Origin: a virus
Lineage: Duplodnaviria > Caudoviricetes
Direction: 5' to 3' (one strand)
IMG/VR virus record: IMGVR_UViG_3300020042_004019
Coordinates: 1 to 26,747 of that record
DNA length: 26,747 nt
Shown: positions 14,585-23,624 of the stretch, piece after piece
How positions within the stretch are numbered: the stretch's first letter is position 1
How the letters are laid out: every line of letters begins with the position of its first letter
Program-made: the position numbers and the translations under genes
Notes under the pieces: generated by a model
What the model saw: only the letters and a program-made list of their open reading frames with translations
Database searches by the model: none
Told to the model about the DNA's origin: nothing

Positions 14585-15486
14585 TATGTGAAAGTCACCG
14601 TTCCAGTACCAGCAGTGATTGTTGTAGTCTTAAATCCGTTTAACGTAGCAGTGCTTAGAGTGAGTCCACTAGAAGTAATCGTAAAGGCATCTGAGTATCT
14701 CAAGATTACAATACCTGAGCCACCAGCACCGCCATTAGCACTTGCATTTGAAGCACCGCCACCACCACCACCTCCAGTATTTGCTGAACCAGCCGAACCT
14801 GCTCCGTTAGAGCCACCATTGCCACCGCCTCCTGAGCCACCAGTTCCCCCAGTTGTGCCGCTGCCTGCTCCGCCACCTCCGCCACGAGTTACCGAAGTAC
14901 CAGTTATGAAAGACTCACGACCAGCACCGCCATTTAAGGAAGTTCCAGGACTACTTCCAGCACCTCCGCCACCTTTAGAACCAGGATTCCCACCTGTGTT
15001 TCCTTGATTGGGCGTACCGAAATTTCCTTGTGGACCAGCAGCATAACCACCACCACCAGAACCACCCTCTTCAGAGCCGTCAGCACCTCCGCTTGGTGAC
15101 CTGCCACCAGATCTTCCACCACCAAAAGCAACTACAAATCTGCCAAGCGAACTATTAGAGCCACTTACTGCGTAAGCACCGCCAGCACCAACGGTCACAC
15201 TTCTGGCTCTAAAAGGGTTTGCCTCAAAAAAAACTGTTCCCTCTAGGACACCTCCAGCGCCTCCGCCACCAGCATCCCAAGCACCTGTCTGCCCACCACT
15301 TCCGCCACCGCCACCAGCGACTACAAGATATTGAACTTGTATTGAACTTGCTGGTGCATTAAATCGTGAAGGAACAGGAACTGCTGAAGATAAACCTACG
15401 GATACATCTTGCAAACTTCCATCACCCTGACCAAACCAACTACTTACTTGGCTCGATGACACCATTCGTAGTAAAGGATTAGCCAT
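14584..15486 (-). CDS. Glycine-rich tail fibre/receptor-binding protein
   Basis: YLVVAGGGGG, multiple Gly runs, GGSGIVILRY. Confidence 0.75.
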   Translation of the reverse strand: MANPLLRMVSSSQVSSWFGQGDGSLQDVSVGLSSAVPVPSRFNAPASSIQVQYLVVAGGGGGSGGQTGAWDAGGGGAGGVLEGTVFFEANPFRARSVTVGAGGAYAVSGSNSSLGRFVVAFGGGRSGGRSPSGGADGSEEGGSGGGGYAAGPQGNFGTPNQGNTGGNPGSKGGGGAGSSPGTSLNGGAGRESFITGTSVTRGGGGGAGSGTTGGTGGSGGGGNGGSNGAGSAGSANTGGGGGGGASNASANGGAGGSGIVILRYSDAFTITSSGLTLSTATLNGFKTTTITAGTGTVTFT

Positions 15487-15848
15487 TACGCAATCCTGTT
15501 TACATAACCTGAAATCGTTATTACGTTAGTAGTTCCAGCGTAAGCGGCAATGACATTACCAGCAGAACCAGTACCAGTCAAAATCAAACCTGGAACAACT
15601 AAGGTTAATCCAGAAGTCGGTGGAATTGTTAATTTAATGTCGTTATCGGGCGATGTAGTTCCACCAAATTGAACTGTTAATACTACCGAAACTGTTGTGG
15701 GGTTGTAAGCGTACAGCCACACCTCATCTTCTATTGTTGCTGAAATACCAGTTGTATGTATGGTTGTACCAACTGAAGCGGTGGCAGCAACTTTAATTGC
15801 TTTACCTTGCGTTGAACCTGAGAGAAGTTCTTTTGTAAAAGTTGCCAT
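15486..15848 (-). CDS. Minor tail or fibre-associated protein
   Basis: Thr/Gly-rich beta protein within the fibre cluster. Confidence 0.6.
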   Translation of the reverse strand: MATFTKELLSGSTQGKAIKVAATASVGTTIHTTGISATIEDEVWLYAYNPTTVSVVLTVQFGGTTSPDNDIKLTIPPTSGLTLVVPGLILTGTGSAGNVIAAYAGTTNVITISGYVNRIA

Positions 15849-15857
15849 TTTATATTC

Positions 15858-16274
15858 CTATCCGAAAACCTGATTGGCTATTATGTTATTTTCATCATCT
15901 ACCGCTGATGCTCCGCCTCCACCTGTGAAAAAAATGGAAACACCTGCTGAAGTAAAGTATAAAGTACCGCCACCATTTTGCGCTAAGGCTAATGAGCCAG
16001 TAGTTGAAACTGTTGCTGTTCCTGCCGTAATCGTGCAAATACCTGCGCCAATGTTCTGGATAAACAGAGTGTCACCAGCAGAAAACAAACTTGTATTAAC
16101 TGTGATCGTTGTCGCACTTGCTGAGTTCATCTCAACTCGTGTGCCTTTATCGGCAGCAACAAGAACGTATGAAGCAGTTTTCGTACTTACTGTCTGGTTG
16201 TAATCGTTAGCTTGTAGGGCATTGACTTGGGCAGCCGTTAAGACCTGACCCGATGTAAAGGTTTGTAATGCCAT
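15858..16274 (-). CDS. Tail fibre protein (N-terminal attachment domain)
   Basis: QTFTSGQVLTAAQVN start typical of actinophage minor tail proteins; YVLVAADKG. Confidence 0.7.
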   Translation of the reverse strand: MALQTFTSGQVLTAAQVNALQANDYNQTVSTKTASYVLVAADKGTRVEMNSASATTITVNTSLFSAGDTLFIQNIGAGICTITAGTATVSTTGSLALAQNGGGTLYFTSAGVSIFFTGGGGASAVDDENNIIANQVFG

Positions 16275-16281
16275 TATGCTC

Positions 16282-17502
16282 CTAAAGCCCTAACTGGTTT
16301 ATGTCAAGAATACCAAACTCAAGGTCATCCAACACAAGGCTAGCATAATCAAGAGTTTCAAAGCCAAAGACAACACGGTGTTGAGCAGGTCTGATGTCAT
16401 GCTCAATCTTAATTACAGTTGCAAATTTATCTATCTGAGTCCCGATTTGGTTAGGTGTGAATTTGATCTGGCACACGTCACCAATTTCAATTCCCAAGAC
16501 CTTGATCTCATCTGCGGAACTTAGTGCTTCTAGTTGAACAGCTAGAGTTTCAAAGCGGTATTCAGGCTCAGAGAATTTGCCTAGTAAGTAAGATGCTAAT
16601 TCTTCAGCATCCGCATCAGTATCTAATAACAGCCCAGATTGAATCAAGGCTTGTTGTCCATAGGTGCTAATCGAATCTGCATCTTGAGCAATAGCAGTTC
16701 CACCGCCAGCGCGTTCAATTTGAATGTAGTTGTAAAGCAGTTCTGAACCATAGACAACGTTTACATCGCTGAACTTAACGCCTGAGCCGTCATCTGCAAA
16801 CACAACCTGTCCACCAGAAATTGGGGCAACGGTTCTATCCTTGAAAACAAACTTGCCATCTTTAGAAATAAAGATTGAACCCGGCTCTGAACTATTTACC
16901 AACTGCAAATACTCAAGCGCATTTACACCGTCTTCAACTACATCTGCCTGAAGTAACTCAGAACCCGTATCTATGTCGCGCAACGTTGCAGGCCAATCAA
17001 CTTCACCTCTGTCTAGAACGTTGCCAATTCTTGCACCTGTTAGTTCTGAGGTGGCAGTATGAGCAGACAAAGCGCGTTGAGCTAGTAACGTGAAACCATC
17101 TACGCAGTCAGCGTTTGTCGTAGATAAACCCGACAAGTCGTAGTTCAAATTCCAGTCATCCACTACGCCGTAGAAAACCGCAGACCCACCTGTTGAGACT
17201 TTGATTGTGCGCTTAGGGATAACTTGCCCGTAGTAAGGACTAGAAGTATTTTCAGGGTCGAAGGTTCTTTGATTGTTGTTGAACTCAACACTTGCAATAC
17301 CAGCCGTAAATTTATCTAACTGCCTTGACTTGCCACGCCTTACTGAAACAGAACGAACGAAAGCAGATACGTCATAAAACAAAGTACCTTGCAACAGATA
17401 CTCGGTATTATCTAAGACACCTGCAACAGGGTCATCTAGTAAGAAGAATGGGCCACCTAGTAAATCAAAACCAAGTTCTACTGTTGTGGCTGGAACACTC
17501 AT
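16282..17502 (-). CDS. Tail tip/baseplate hub protein
   Basis: Follows the tape measure gene; RRGKSRQLD, FDP.N..SPY, GKFVFKDR. Confidence 0.7.
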   Translation of the reverse strand: MSVPATTVELGFDLLGGPFFLLDDPVAGVLDNTEYLLQGTLFYDVSAFVRSVSVRRGKSRQLDKFTAGIASVEFNNNQRTFDPENTSSPYYGQVIPKRTIKVSTGGSAVFYGVVDDWNLNYDLSGLSTTNADCVDGFTLLAQRALSAHTATSELTGARIGNVLDRGEVDWPATLRDIDTGSELLQADVVEDGVNALEYLQLVNSSEPGSIFISKDGKFVFKDRTVAPISGGQVVFADDGSGVKFSDVNVVYGSELLYNYIQIERAGGGTAIAQDADSISTYGQQALIQSGLLLDTDADAEELASYLLGKFSEPEYRFETLAVQLEALSSADEIKVLGIEIGDVCQIKFTPNQIGTQIDKFATVIKIEHDIRPAQHRVVFGFETLDYASLVLDDLEFGILDINQLGL

Positions 17503-19758
17503 TTATGCGCTCGCAAATACAGGCCCGGAGGTTTTCTCGAACCGCTTAATTGCATCAACAATTTCTTTGCCAACTTGTGCGCCGTTAGTACCCATGCCAG
17601 CGTTTACGTTTATGTTGTAGGTGTTGCCCATGCCAGCGTTGCGACCTGATAAAGGTACAACTGCTTCAGGCCCGGCTTCACCGATCATCGCTATTGTCGG
17701 TCTCGTGACAATGCCGCCAGCCGCCATCATTGGCATTCTTGCTATCTTGTTCAGCACGCCTTGATTTGTAGATGTTTTGGCTGGAGTCTTAAAAGCAGTT
17801 GGTTTTTTCTTATTAGATTCTTTAGGTGTTCCCGTGACGGCTGACGCTGCTTGTTCTGCAACTGGATTGATTATGTTTCCATCTGCACCAATACTAAATC
17901 CAGCCGCAGCGATAGCAGCACGAACACCATCAACGAGTGCTTGACCCGCTGTTATGCCTGCCTGATAGAACTGAGTGGCAGCCGACTGACCAAGTTCTTC
18001 TGCTACGGACTGAGTTGCGGTGATAAGGGTGTTCACCTGATCTACAACAGTTGCGCCACCTGCAATAATCTCATCAGCTATCTTTGTGCCAACGTCTGCG
18101 CCTGCTGCAAGTACTTGACCAATGGCTGTTTCAGATAAACCCATTGACAAAAGGGTTCTTACTTTAGTTCCAAAGTCTTGTGCCTTAGTAGCTTGAAGAA
18201 TAAGGTTCTCTAGGAATGATCCAGTCTCGCTAGATGCCGCAGTAGTGAAATCTATAACTCCAGTAATTGAACTGGTTACGGAACTTGCAAAATCACGGAA
18301 CTTCTGTTTGCCATCAGCTAGTACTTGGTTTGCCTCAGACAACGCCTTAGTAAATAGTTGGATTTTTTCTGTTGCTGCTTTACTTGCGCCACCAACTGAT
18401 TGAGGCCCGGGAGCATCAACAGCTGCTGCAAGAGCTTTAGCTTCTTCTGCAATCGCGGAAAGATTATCTTGTTCTTCTTTTAATTTACTACTGAAATTGC
18501 CATACGCGACACGCGCACTATCTACACCTTTAATCAGAAAGTCTAAGTTTCCAACTTCTTGGATAGTAACGCCACTATTTAAGATGCCTTGAAATTTGTT
18601 GTATCCCTTAATGAGCAGATTGATAGCAAATGATACGGCGTTTCCAACTTGGACAAACGCAATGACAACTCCTCGAACAACCTTAAATATTGCATCGCCC
18701 CAAGACATTGAAGCATCAGAGCCTTTAACAAATGCAGCAACTATTAACAAAAGAACAGTAGGAATAAAAACTACACGTTTTATTAAAAATTGAAATGCCG
18801 CTGCAAGACCCATAACCAGTTTGATCATGTAACCAACGGCGATCATTGCCGGGCCGAGTGCAGCAGCAAAGAAACCAATCTGTATTCCAGTAACAATGGC
18901 ATTAGGTGAAAGAGTCTTGAAGGCTTCAATAAACTTTTGAATGTTTGGCAGTACTTGATTACGAATAACACCAACCACGTTTACCATTACTGGCAGCAGT
19001 ACCGCGCCAAAAGTTCCAGATAAATCCTCAACTTGTGCCGCTAAGAATTTCTTTTGATTTGCAAGACCGCCAGCAGTACGGGCTACGTCACCCTGAGCAA
19101 GTGCCGTGTCACGCATAATTAAAGCAAAGGCGGCTTCCGCTTTTTGACTAGCGTTTAGCGCACCAACACCGTCATAGATAGCAAGATTTCTTGCTTCTAT
19201 TTTGAGTCTGTCCTCAGTTAAAGCGACACCGTGACGTTTGAGTGGTTCCGTTTCACCAGACAAACCAGAACGCAAGGCATCAATAACTTCTTGAATGGGT
19301 ACGTTGCTGAAGGAAGCTATGTCAGCAGCCAGTTCTACTAATGTCTTTGACATTTTGGCAGATTCAACTCTGGTTATACCAAAGGCTTGGAACAAGTTAC
19401 CGTATGTACCGACAGCATCTAGGGCTGATCTGCTTGAGATACCGATAGCAGAAGAAGTGGTTTTACTCCAGGCTAAGATTCCTTTTGCTTGATCTCCAAA
19501 TACTGCGGTTACTTTAGCTTGTGCTTCTTGCAAATTAGATGCATCTGTAATTGTTTTATTTACAACAACAGTTAGAGCTACAAGAGGAACAGTTACGTTT
19601 CTTGTTATGGATCGCCCAGTGTTTACCAAACTAGCTGAGAGGATATTGGCACTTGTGCTTAGTTTATTAAATCCACCATCAGCAGCCTTTACTGCTGCTA
19701 TTGCTTTGTCTAAACCTTTGGGGTCAAATGTCGTGGTAATCGGAACAATAATTGCCAT
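17503..19758 (-). CDS. Tape measure protein
   Basis: 751 aa, Ala-rich helical; LAADIASFSN, GLSGETEPLK; hydrophobic middle; C-terminal AAGGIV..PT..MIGEAGPEAVVPL. Confidence 0.93.
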   Translation of the reverse strand: MAIIVPITTTFDPKGLDKAIAAVKAADGGFNKLSTSANILSASLVNTGRSITRNVTVPLVALTVVVNKTITDASNLQEAQAKVTAVFGDQAKGILAWSKTTSSAIGISSRSALDAVGTYGNLFQAFGITRVESAKMSKTLVELAADIASFSNVPIQEVIDALRSGLSGETEPLKRHGVALTEDRLKIEARNLAIYDGVGALNASQKAEAAFALIMRDTALAQGDVARTAGGLANQKKFLAAQVEDLSGTFGAVLLPVMVNVVGVIRNQVLPNIQKFIEAFKTLSPNAIVTGIQIGFFAAALGPAMIAVGYMIKLVMGLAAAFQFLIKRVVFIPTVLLLIVAAFVKGSDASMSWGDAIFKVVRGVVIAFVQVGNAVSFAINLLIKGYNKFQGILNSGVTIQEVGNLDFLIKGVDSARVAYGNFSSKLKEEQDNLSAIAEEAKALAAAVDAPGPQSVGGASKAATEKIQLFTKALSEANQVLADGKQKFRDFASSVTSSITGVIDFTTAASSETGSFLENLILQATKAQDFGTKVRTLLSMGLSETAIGQVLAAGADVGTKIADEIIAGGATVVDQVNTLITATQSVAEELGQSAATQFYQAGITAGQALVDGVRAAIAAAGFSIGADGNIINPVAEQAASAVTGTPKESNKKKPTAFKTPAKTSTNQGVLNKIARMPMMAAGGIVTRPTIAMIGEAGPEAVVPLSGRNAGMGNTYNINVNAGMGTNGAQVGKEIVDAIKRFEKTSGPVFASA

Positions 19759-19761
19759 GAT

Positions 19762-20340
19762 TTACCTGACCCTTTTTAATTCATTGTTTAGTGAGGTGCT
19801 TAATCCCTTAATTGTACCTTCAACTTGATTTATGATGTAAGGAATTTCTCGTTCGGCAGCAGGATAAACATAACGAGAAGCCAGACCTCTTGCGTTTAAT
19901 GCGCGAATCATTGCGCGACCTTGACCGTTGTTTCTATGGGTGCGAGTGCCACCCTTGTAGGCGTAAGGCTTAATAACGCCTGATCTTCCAGACGTACTTT
20001 TTCTGCCCGACATATCTGCAATTTGGAATGAAGCAGCTCCAGTTGCGTTTTTGCCCTTAGCACCAACAACAATGGAAACTAAGGATGTTTCGTTGCGTTG
20101 TGCTTTCTTGGTAAAGTTTGTTTTGACTTTTGCAGATATACCTGCTGGTTGCCATCTCGTGCGACCATTGTGAATCATGCCCCGTAGTGGTGCTTCAGTA
20201 GGAATGTTGGATTTGATAGCATTCGCAACGGGCTGTGCGCCTGTTCTTAAATCGCTACGGGCTTTATTAACAATTTCTTTATTCAACTTACTGAGTACTT
20301 TTACGGTGTCAGCAACGCCAGTTACCCTAGATGTTGCCAT
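19762..20340 (-). CDS. HK97 gp10-like tail completion protein
   Basis: Basic; VTGVADTVKVLSKL, RYVYPAAE. Confidence 0.6.
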   Translation of the reverse strand: MATSRVTGVADTVKVLSKLNKEIVNKARSDLRTGAQPVANAIKSNIPTEAPLRGMIHNGRTRWQPAGISAKVKTNFTKKAQRNETSLVSIVVGAKGKNATGAASFQIADMSGRKSTSGRSGVIKPYAYKGGTRTHRNNGQGRAMIRALNARGLASRYVYPAAEREIPYIINQVEGTIKGLSTSLNNELKRVR

Positions 20341-20492
20341 TATGACCCCTGACTATTTCGCCAGCGCAGATACATACTCATAGTGAAAAGCATACGCTCA
20401 GACTCTTGAAGTAAAACTGACGGAGCAATGCCAGTCTCACACGCAAGATAAGCCAAATACCAATGTTGGGATGAGTCACCCAACCCAGTTAT
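20340..20492 (-). CDS. Frameshift extension of the tail assembly chaperone (GT-like)
   Basis: The -1 frame after CCCAAAA reads ITGLGDSSQHWYLAYLACETGIAPSVLLQESERMLFTMSMYLRWRNSQGS and stops at a TAATG overlapping the next start. Confidence 0.8.
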   Translation of the reverse strand: MTGLGDSSQHWYLAYLACETGIAPSVLLQESERMLFTMSMYLRWRNSQGS

Positions 20493-20740
20493 TTTGGGCT
20501 GTCTTCACTCGCTTCGATTGTCTCAACTTCATCGCACCAGTCTTCAAAGGTAAGTTTTGTCTTACCCTTACGTTCTAACCAATGCCATGCGAGCCATAGT
20601 AGATCAGTGATGCGGAAATCAGTTTCAAGTGAAGCAACCGATTTTGTAAACTTGTCCTCAAATGCAACAAGGTCACGCGCCGTAGCAGATACTTCTTCTA
20701 CTGTTTCGTCATTAAAAGTAACGCGCAGGTTGATCTTCAT
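20489..20740 (-). CDS. Tail assembly chaperone (G-like)
   Basis: Follows the tail tube gene; ends ...SPK at slippery C CCA AAA (20492-20498). Confidence 0.8.
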   Translation of the reverse strand: MKINLRVTFNDETVEEVSATARDLVAFEDKFTKSVASLETDFRITDLLWLAWHWLERKGKTKLTFEDWCDEVETIEASEDSPK

Positions 20741-20741
20741 G

Positions 20742-21149
20742 TTAGCTGGTTGCCCGAGTTACAGTTCCACTTGTTGGAAGCGTAATGCTAAAAGTGGCAA
20801 TGTCACCAACGCTTGAAGCAAATGGTGAGTATGAGTTCACTAAGCAAACTGCGGTGTAAGAAGGGTTGGTTGCCGAAACAGTTGAAGATGTTGGAAGAAT
20901 TACCACTGTTGCAAGTGTGTTGTAAAGCGGGAACAGCGTGGCATCAACTGAAGATGCTGCGAAGTCCTGCATGAACTGAAGCGTTAGAGAACCCGATTTA
21001 AGGCCGCCGATACGCTCCCGGAAAGTTGTGCCGAAGGCAGTTGTTTCCAAGTCATCGGATTCTAAAGCGAGTTCAACGCTATTAAGATTGGTGGATAGGT
21101 TGGTTCCGTTGATCGTCACCTTGTAGTCAGTAGCTGCGAATTTCGCCAT
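20742..21149 (-). CDS. Major tail (tube) protein
   Basis: LETTAFG...RIGGLK.G, NPSYT, GDIATFSIT; position; AGGAG RBS. Confidence 0.85.
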   Translation of the reverse strand: MAKFAATDYKVTINGTNLSTNLNSVELALESDDLETTAFGTTFRERIGGLKSGSLTLQFMQDFAASSVDATLFPLYNTLATVVILPTSSTVSATNPSYTAVCLVNSYSPFASSVGDIATFSITLPTSGTVTRATS

Positions 21150-21161
21150 GCTGGTTTGCTC

Positions 21162-21569
21162 CTAGTCTGCGTAACAGAGAACGACGAACTCTGCCGATAA
21201 ATAGTTTACCTCACCGACAAGTAGTTCCCCATAGTTACGCATATCGGTAACTCTGAGATCGAACGCATTGCCGCCAAGTGTCTTATCTGATTCTATTGCA
21301 AGTTTAATACTGCTCGCACCTGTGCTTGCACAGAAGGCATCTAGAGAGTTTTGACCAGTGCGCTCGGAAACTCTGCCCACTATTACCTGAACCGCAAACG
21401 TATAAGTCTGCATTCCCCTGTTAAAGGTTTCATCGTAATTAACCGAAACAGGAAAGACTATTGCAATGGGTGGATTGATGGTGTCGGGCTGAAAGCTAGA
21501 AGTCCTTAGCCCCGTGATCGTGGCAAGGTTGTTCTTGATACCCGTGCGCAACGTCGAGATAGAAGCCAT
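21162..21569 (-). CDS. Tail terminator-like protein
   Basis: Lies between adaptor and tube genes; PDTINPP, IESDKTLGG. Confidence 0.7.
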   Translation of the reverse strand: MASISTLRTGIKNNLATITGLRTSSFQPDTINPPIAIVFPVSVNYDETFNRGMQTYTFAVQVIVGRVSERTGQNSLDAFCASTGASSIKLAIESDKTLGGNAFDLRVTDMRNYGELLVGEVNYLSAEFVVLCYAD

Positions 21570-22174
21570 TAGGCAAAACCTCTGAGTCTGCGATACGGCG
21601 CAACAAGCTGCTCAACGTCTGGGTCAAGGTAACGGCTAACGCGCATTGCGCCCATGTCACCAAATCCAGCGATGCCCAATGGTGAATCTAAACGCTTAAA
21701 GATACGGCTTGCCTGAATGATGCACGCTTGAGTAATTGGGGTTGGCACAGAAGGCCAACCGAATACGGCGGTTAGTTTCACCAATGCTTGTTCTGCTTCT
21801 ACTGGAAACAAGAAGTTCTCAACGGCGCGAATGCGAGTGTATGGAACAGCAAGACCATCTACGTTTCCGTTAAGTGGTTCTAGCTGATAATCCTCAACGG
21901 CAAACGTGGTATCAAATACACCGTCACCACCTGAAGAAGTTTGCAAAGTAAGCGCGGTGCTAGACACGTCATCTATCTGCACAATGAAAGAATCATCTGC
22001 TGCGTAGTAACGGGTAGCAGTTCCAGCAGAATAGAAGTATCTACCGGCATGACCGTCAATAGCGCGTGATGCCGATTCAACAGCCATTTCTAATAACGTG
22101 TCGTCTACGCTGTCACTAATCCGAGCTGCGGCTTTAATTTGTGCAAGCGTGCAATATCCCTGAGTAATCGCCAA
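21569..22174 (-). CDS. Head-tail adaptor (gp6/gp15-like)
   Basis: YCTLAQIK, ESASRAIDG..GR.F, FGWPSVP..I.QA, DPDVEQLV.PYR; TTG start with TAGGAG RBS. Confidence 0.8.
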   Translation of the reverse strand: MAITQGYCTLAQIKAAARISDSVDDTLLEMAVESASRAIDGHAGRYFYSAGTATRYYAADDSFIVQIDDVSSTALTLQTSSGGDGVFDTTFAVEDYQLEPLNGNVDGLAVPYTRIRAVENFLFPVEAEQALVKLTAVFGWPSVPTPITQACIIQASRIFKRLDSPLGIAGFGDMGAMRVSRYLDPDVEQLVAPYRRLRGFA

Positions 22175-22200
22175 TGGAACTCCTAAAGTCTTTACTTATT

Positions 22201-22842
22201 CTATAATGCCAACTGGTCTTGTAAATATTGCGCAACTGTCGCACGCGCTAGTGAGTCACTTGGAACTGTGTGACCTGCATAAGCATAATCAACATCTATG
22301 TTTAGAGTGCTTGCATACTTAGCACCTGAGACTGCCGTTCCTACCCAAAAGCACCAGTCATCGTATGGCGCAATTCTTTGATCAAACGGGTTACGTTTCC
22401 AAAGCCATCGCCTGACAGGTGAGCCGCAAGGAATCATGTTGGCGTGCAGACTAAGTATCTGTTCAGCCGTTACGTTTGCAGGTGTCCAGATTTGCCCCGT
22501 GTCGTATTGGAAACCTAAAGCTAGAACATCGGCTTCACAAGTGTCTAGTTGATCTAAGGCGTGTGGTCGGTATCTATCATCAATCCCAATCCAAGAAACC
22601 CAGTCGGTATTGCAATGTTGAAAGGCTAGGTTCATCATGTCGCTGAAAGCAAAGTTATCAAACCAACCAACAACAGTAATACCATCTAAATCAAATACTG
22701 ATTTATCTATTTCAATACTAAGAACTAAAACCACTTTGTCGGGTTTGCGGTTTAATGCCCTAACAGATTCAAGCCAGCCACTTATGTCTTCTGGGTATCC
22801 ATGACAGATACCAACTACGCCTACTGTTGTACGAGATTCCAA
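22201..22842 (-). CDS. Glycosyltransferase, GT-A fold (GT2-like)
   Basis: MNLAF..CNTDWVSWIGIDD (DxD-like) and PFD....YDDW. Confidence 0.75.
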   Translation of the reverse strand: MESRTTVGVVGICHGYPEDISGWLESVRALNRKPDKVVLVLSIEIDKSVFDLDGITVVGWFDNFAFSDMMNLAFQHCNTDWVSWIGIDDRYRPHALDQLDTCEADVLALGFQYDTGQIWTPANVTAEQILSLHANMIPCGSPVRRWLWKRNPFDQRIAPYDDWCFWVGTAVSGAKYASTLNIDVDYAYAGHTVPSDSLARATVAQYLQDQLAL

Positions 22843-23624
22843 AACGTACTACCTGCCTTGTCAATCATGTGCCGTAAGTAATCTGCATCCTGCCAATCTT
22901 CGATGCTAGTAATCCCCACATTATCGTTAGTGTGGATTTTGCAACCTGATAACACAGCTTCCATAACTGCCCTGCATTCTGATTCAAACGCTAAAGGCAA
23001 ATGCACAAACCATTCACATCTTGCCATCGCATCTAGAACTGTTTCACGTGAAACATTCGTTAGTGCCTTGAACTCGTAGCCTGCCTGCGCTGCCCAAAGT
23101 TCCGCGCTGAGTTTTCCTTTAAGTGGATGTTCACGCGCTGCCCATAATGCAAAGGGTTGCTTATCCATGTGATCGTGGCACTTGCTGGTGTCGAAGTAGC
23201 TGAGAACCTGCGCGGTCTTGCGTGGCTTAGCCCATGAAAGTTCCCTAGCCATGTGTGCTGGGGTATGAGTTACGAATAACCGACTGCCAGCAATCAAGGC
23301 TTGAAGTCCTGCGCGTGGTGTCTGTAAGTGATGAACAAACACGAACGGCTCATACTCTGAAAGTCTGAACAACTGCTGATCTGAGAACGCATCTGTGCCA
23401 GTTACAACTACGGAATCAAACTGGTGTATGTCGTGTGTATCGAATGTGTATGGCGTGACAATTTGTATATCAAAACCCAAAGGTGCTTGCAGTTGGTATT
23501 CATAGTCTGACATTTCTGCGCCACCTGCAAACTGCCCCGTGAATAGTCCTGAAACGCTCTCAGACGAAGCCTGAGCCACGTTTGTACTGTTTTGGGTGTG
23601 ATGTGTGTACCAACCTATTTTCAT
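22821..23624 (-). CDS. Glycosyltransferase, divergent GT-B fold
   Basis: GGAEMS, HPLKG, FVHLP..ESECRAVMEAVLSGC (E-X7-E). Confidence 0.75.
   Translation of the reverse strand: MKIGWYTHHTQNSTNVAQASSESVSGLFTGQFAGGAEMSDYEYQLQAPLGFDIQIVTPYTFDTHDIHQFDSVVVTGTDAFSDQQLFRLSEYEPFVFVHHLQTPRAGLQALIAGSRLFVTHTPAHMARELSWAKPRKTAQVLSYFDTSKCHDHMDKQPFALWAAREHPLKGKLSAELWAAQAGYEFKALTNVSRETVLDAMARCEWFVHLPLAFESECRAVMEAVLSGCKIHTNDNVGITSIEDWQDADYLRHMIDKAGSTFWNLVQQ

Noticed and set aside
14215-15131. Alternative-frame ORFs 14215-14523 and 14934-15131
   Set aside because: They overlap the better-supported fibre-associated and Gly-rich genes.
15226-15233. A8 tract in the Gly-rich fibre gene as a phase-variation site
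   Set aside because: The frame is intact (Val-Phe-Phe codons) and nothing else suggests slippage.
14584-16274. Diversity-generating retroelement or invertible fibre cassette
   Set aside because: No reverse transcriptase, invertase or TR/VR repeat pair was seen.
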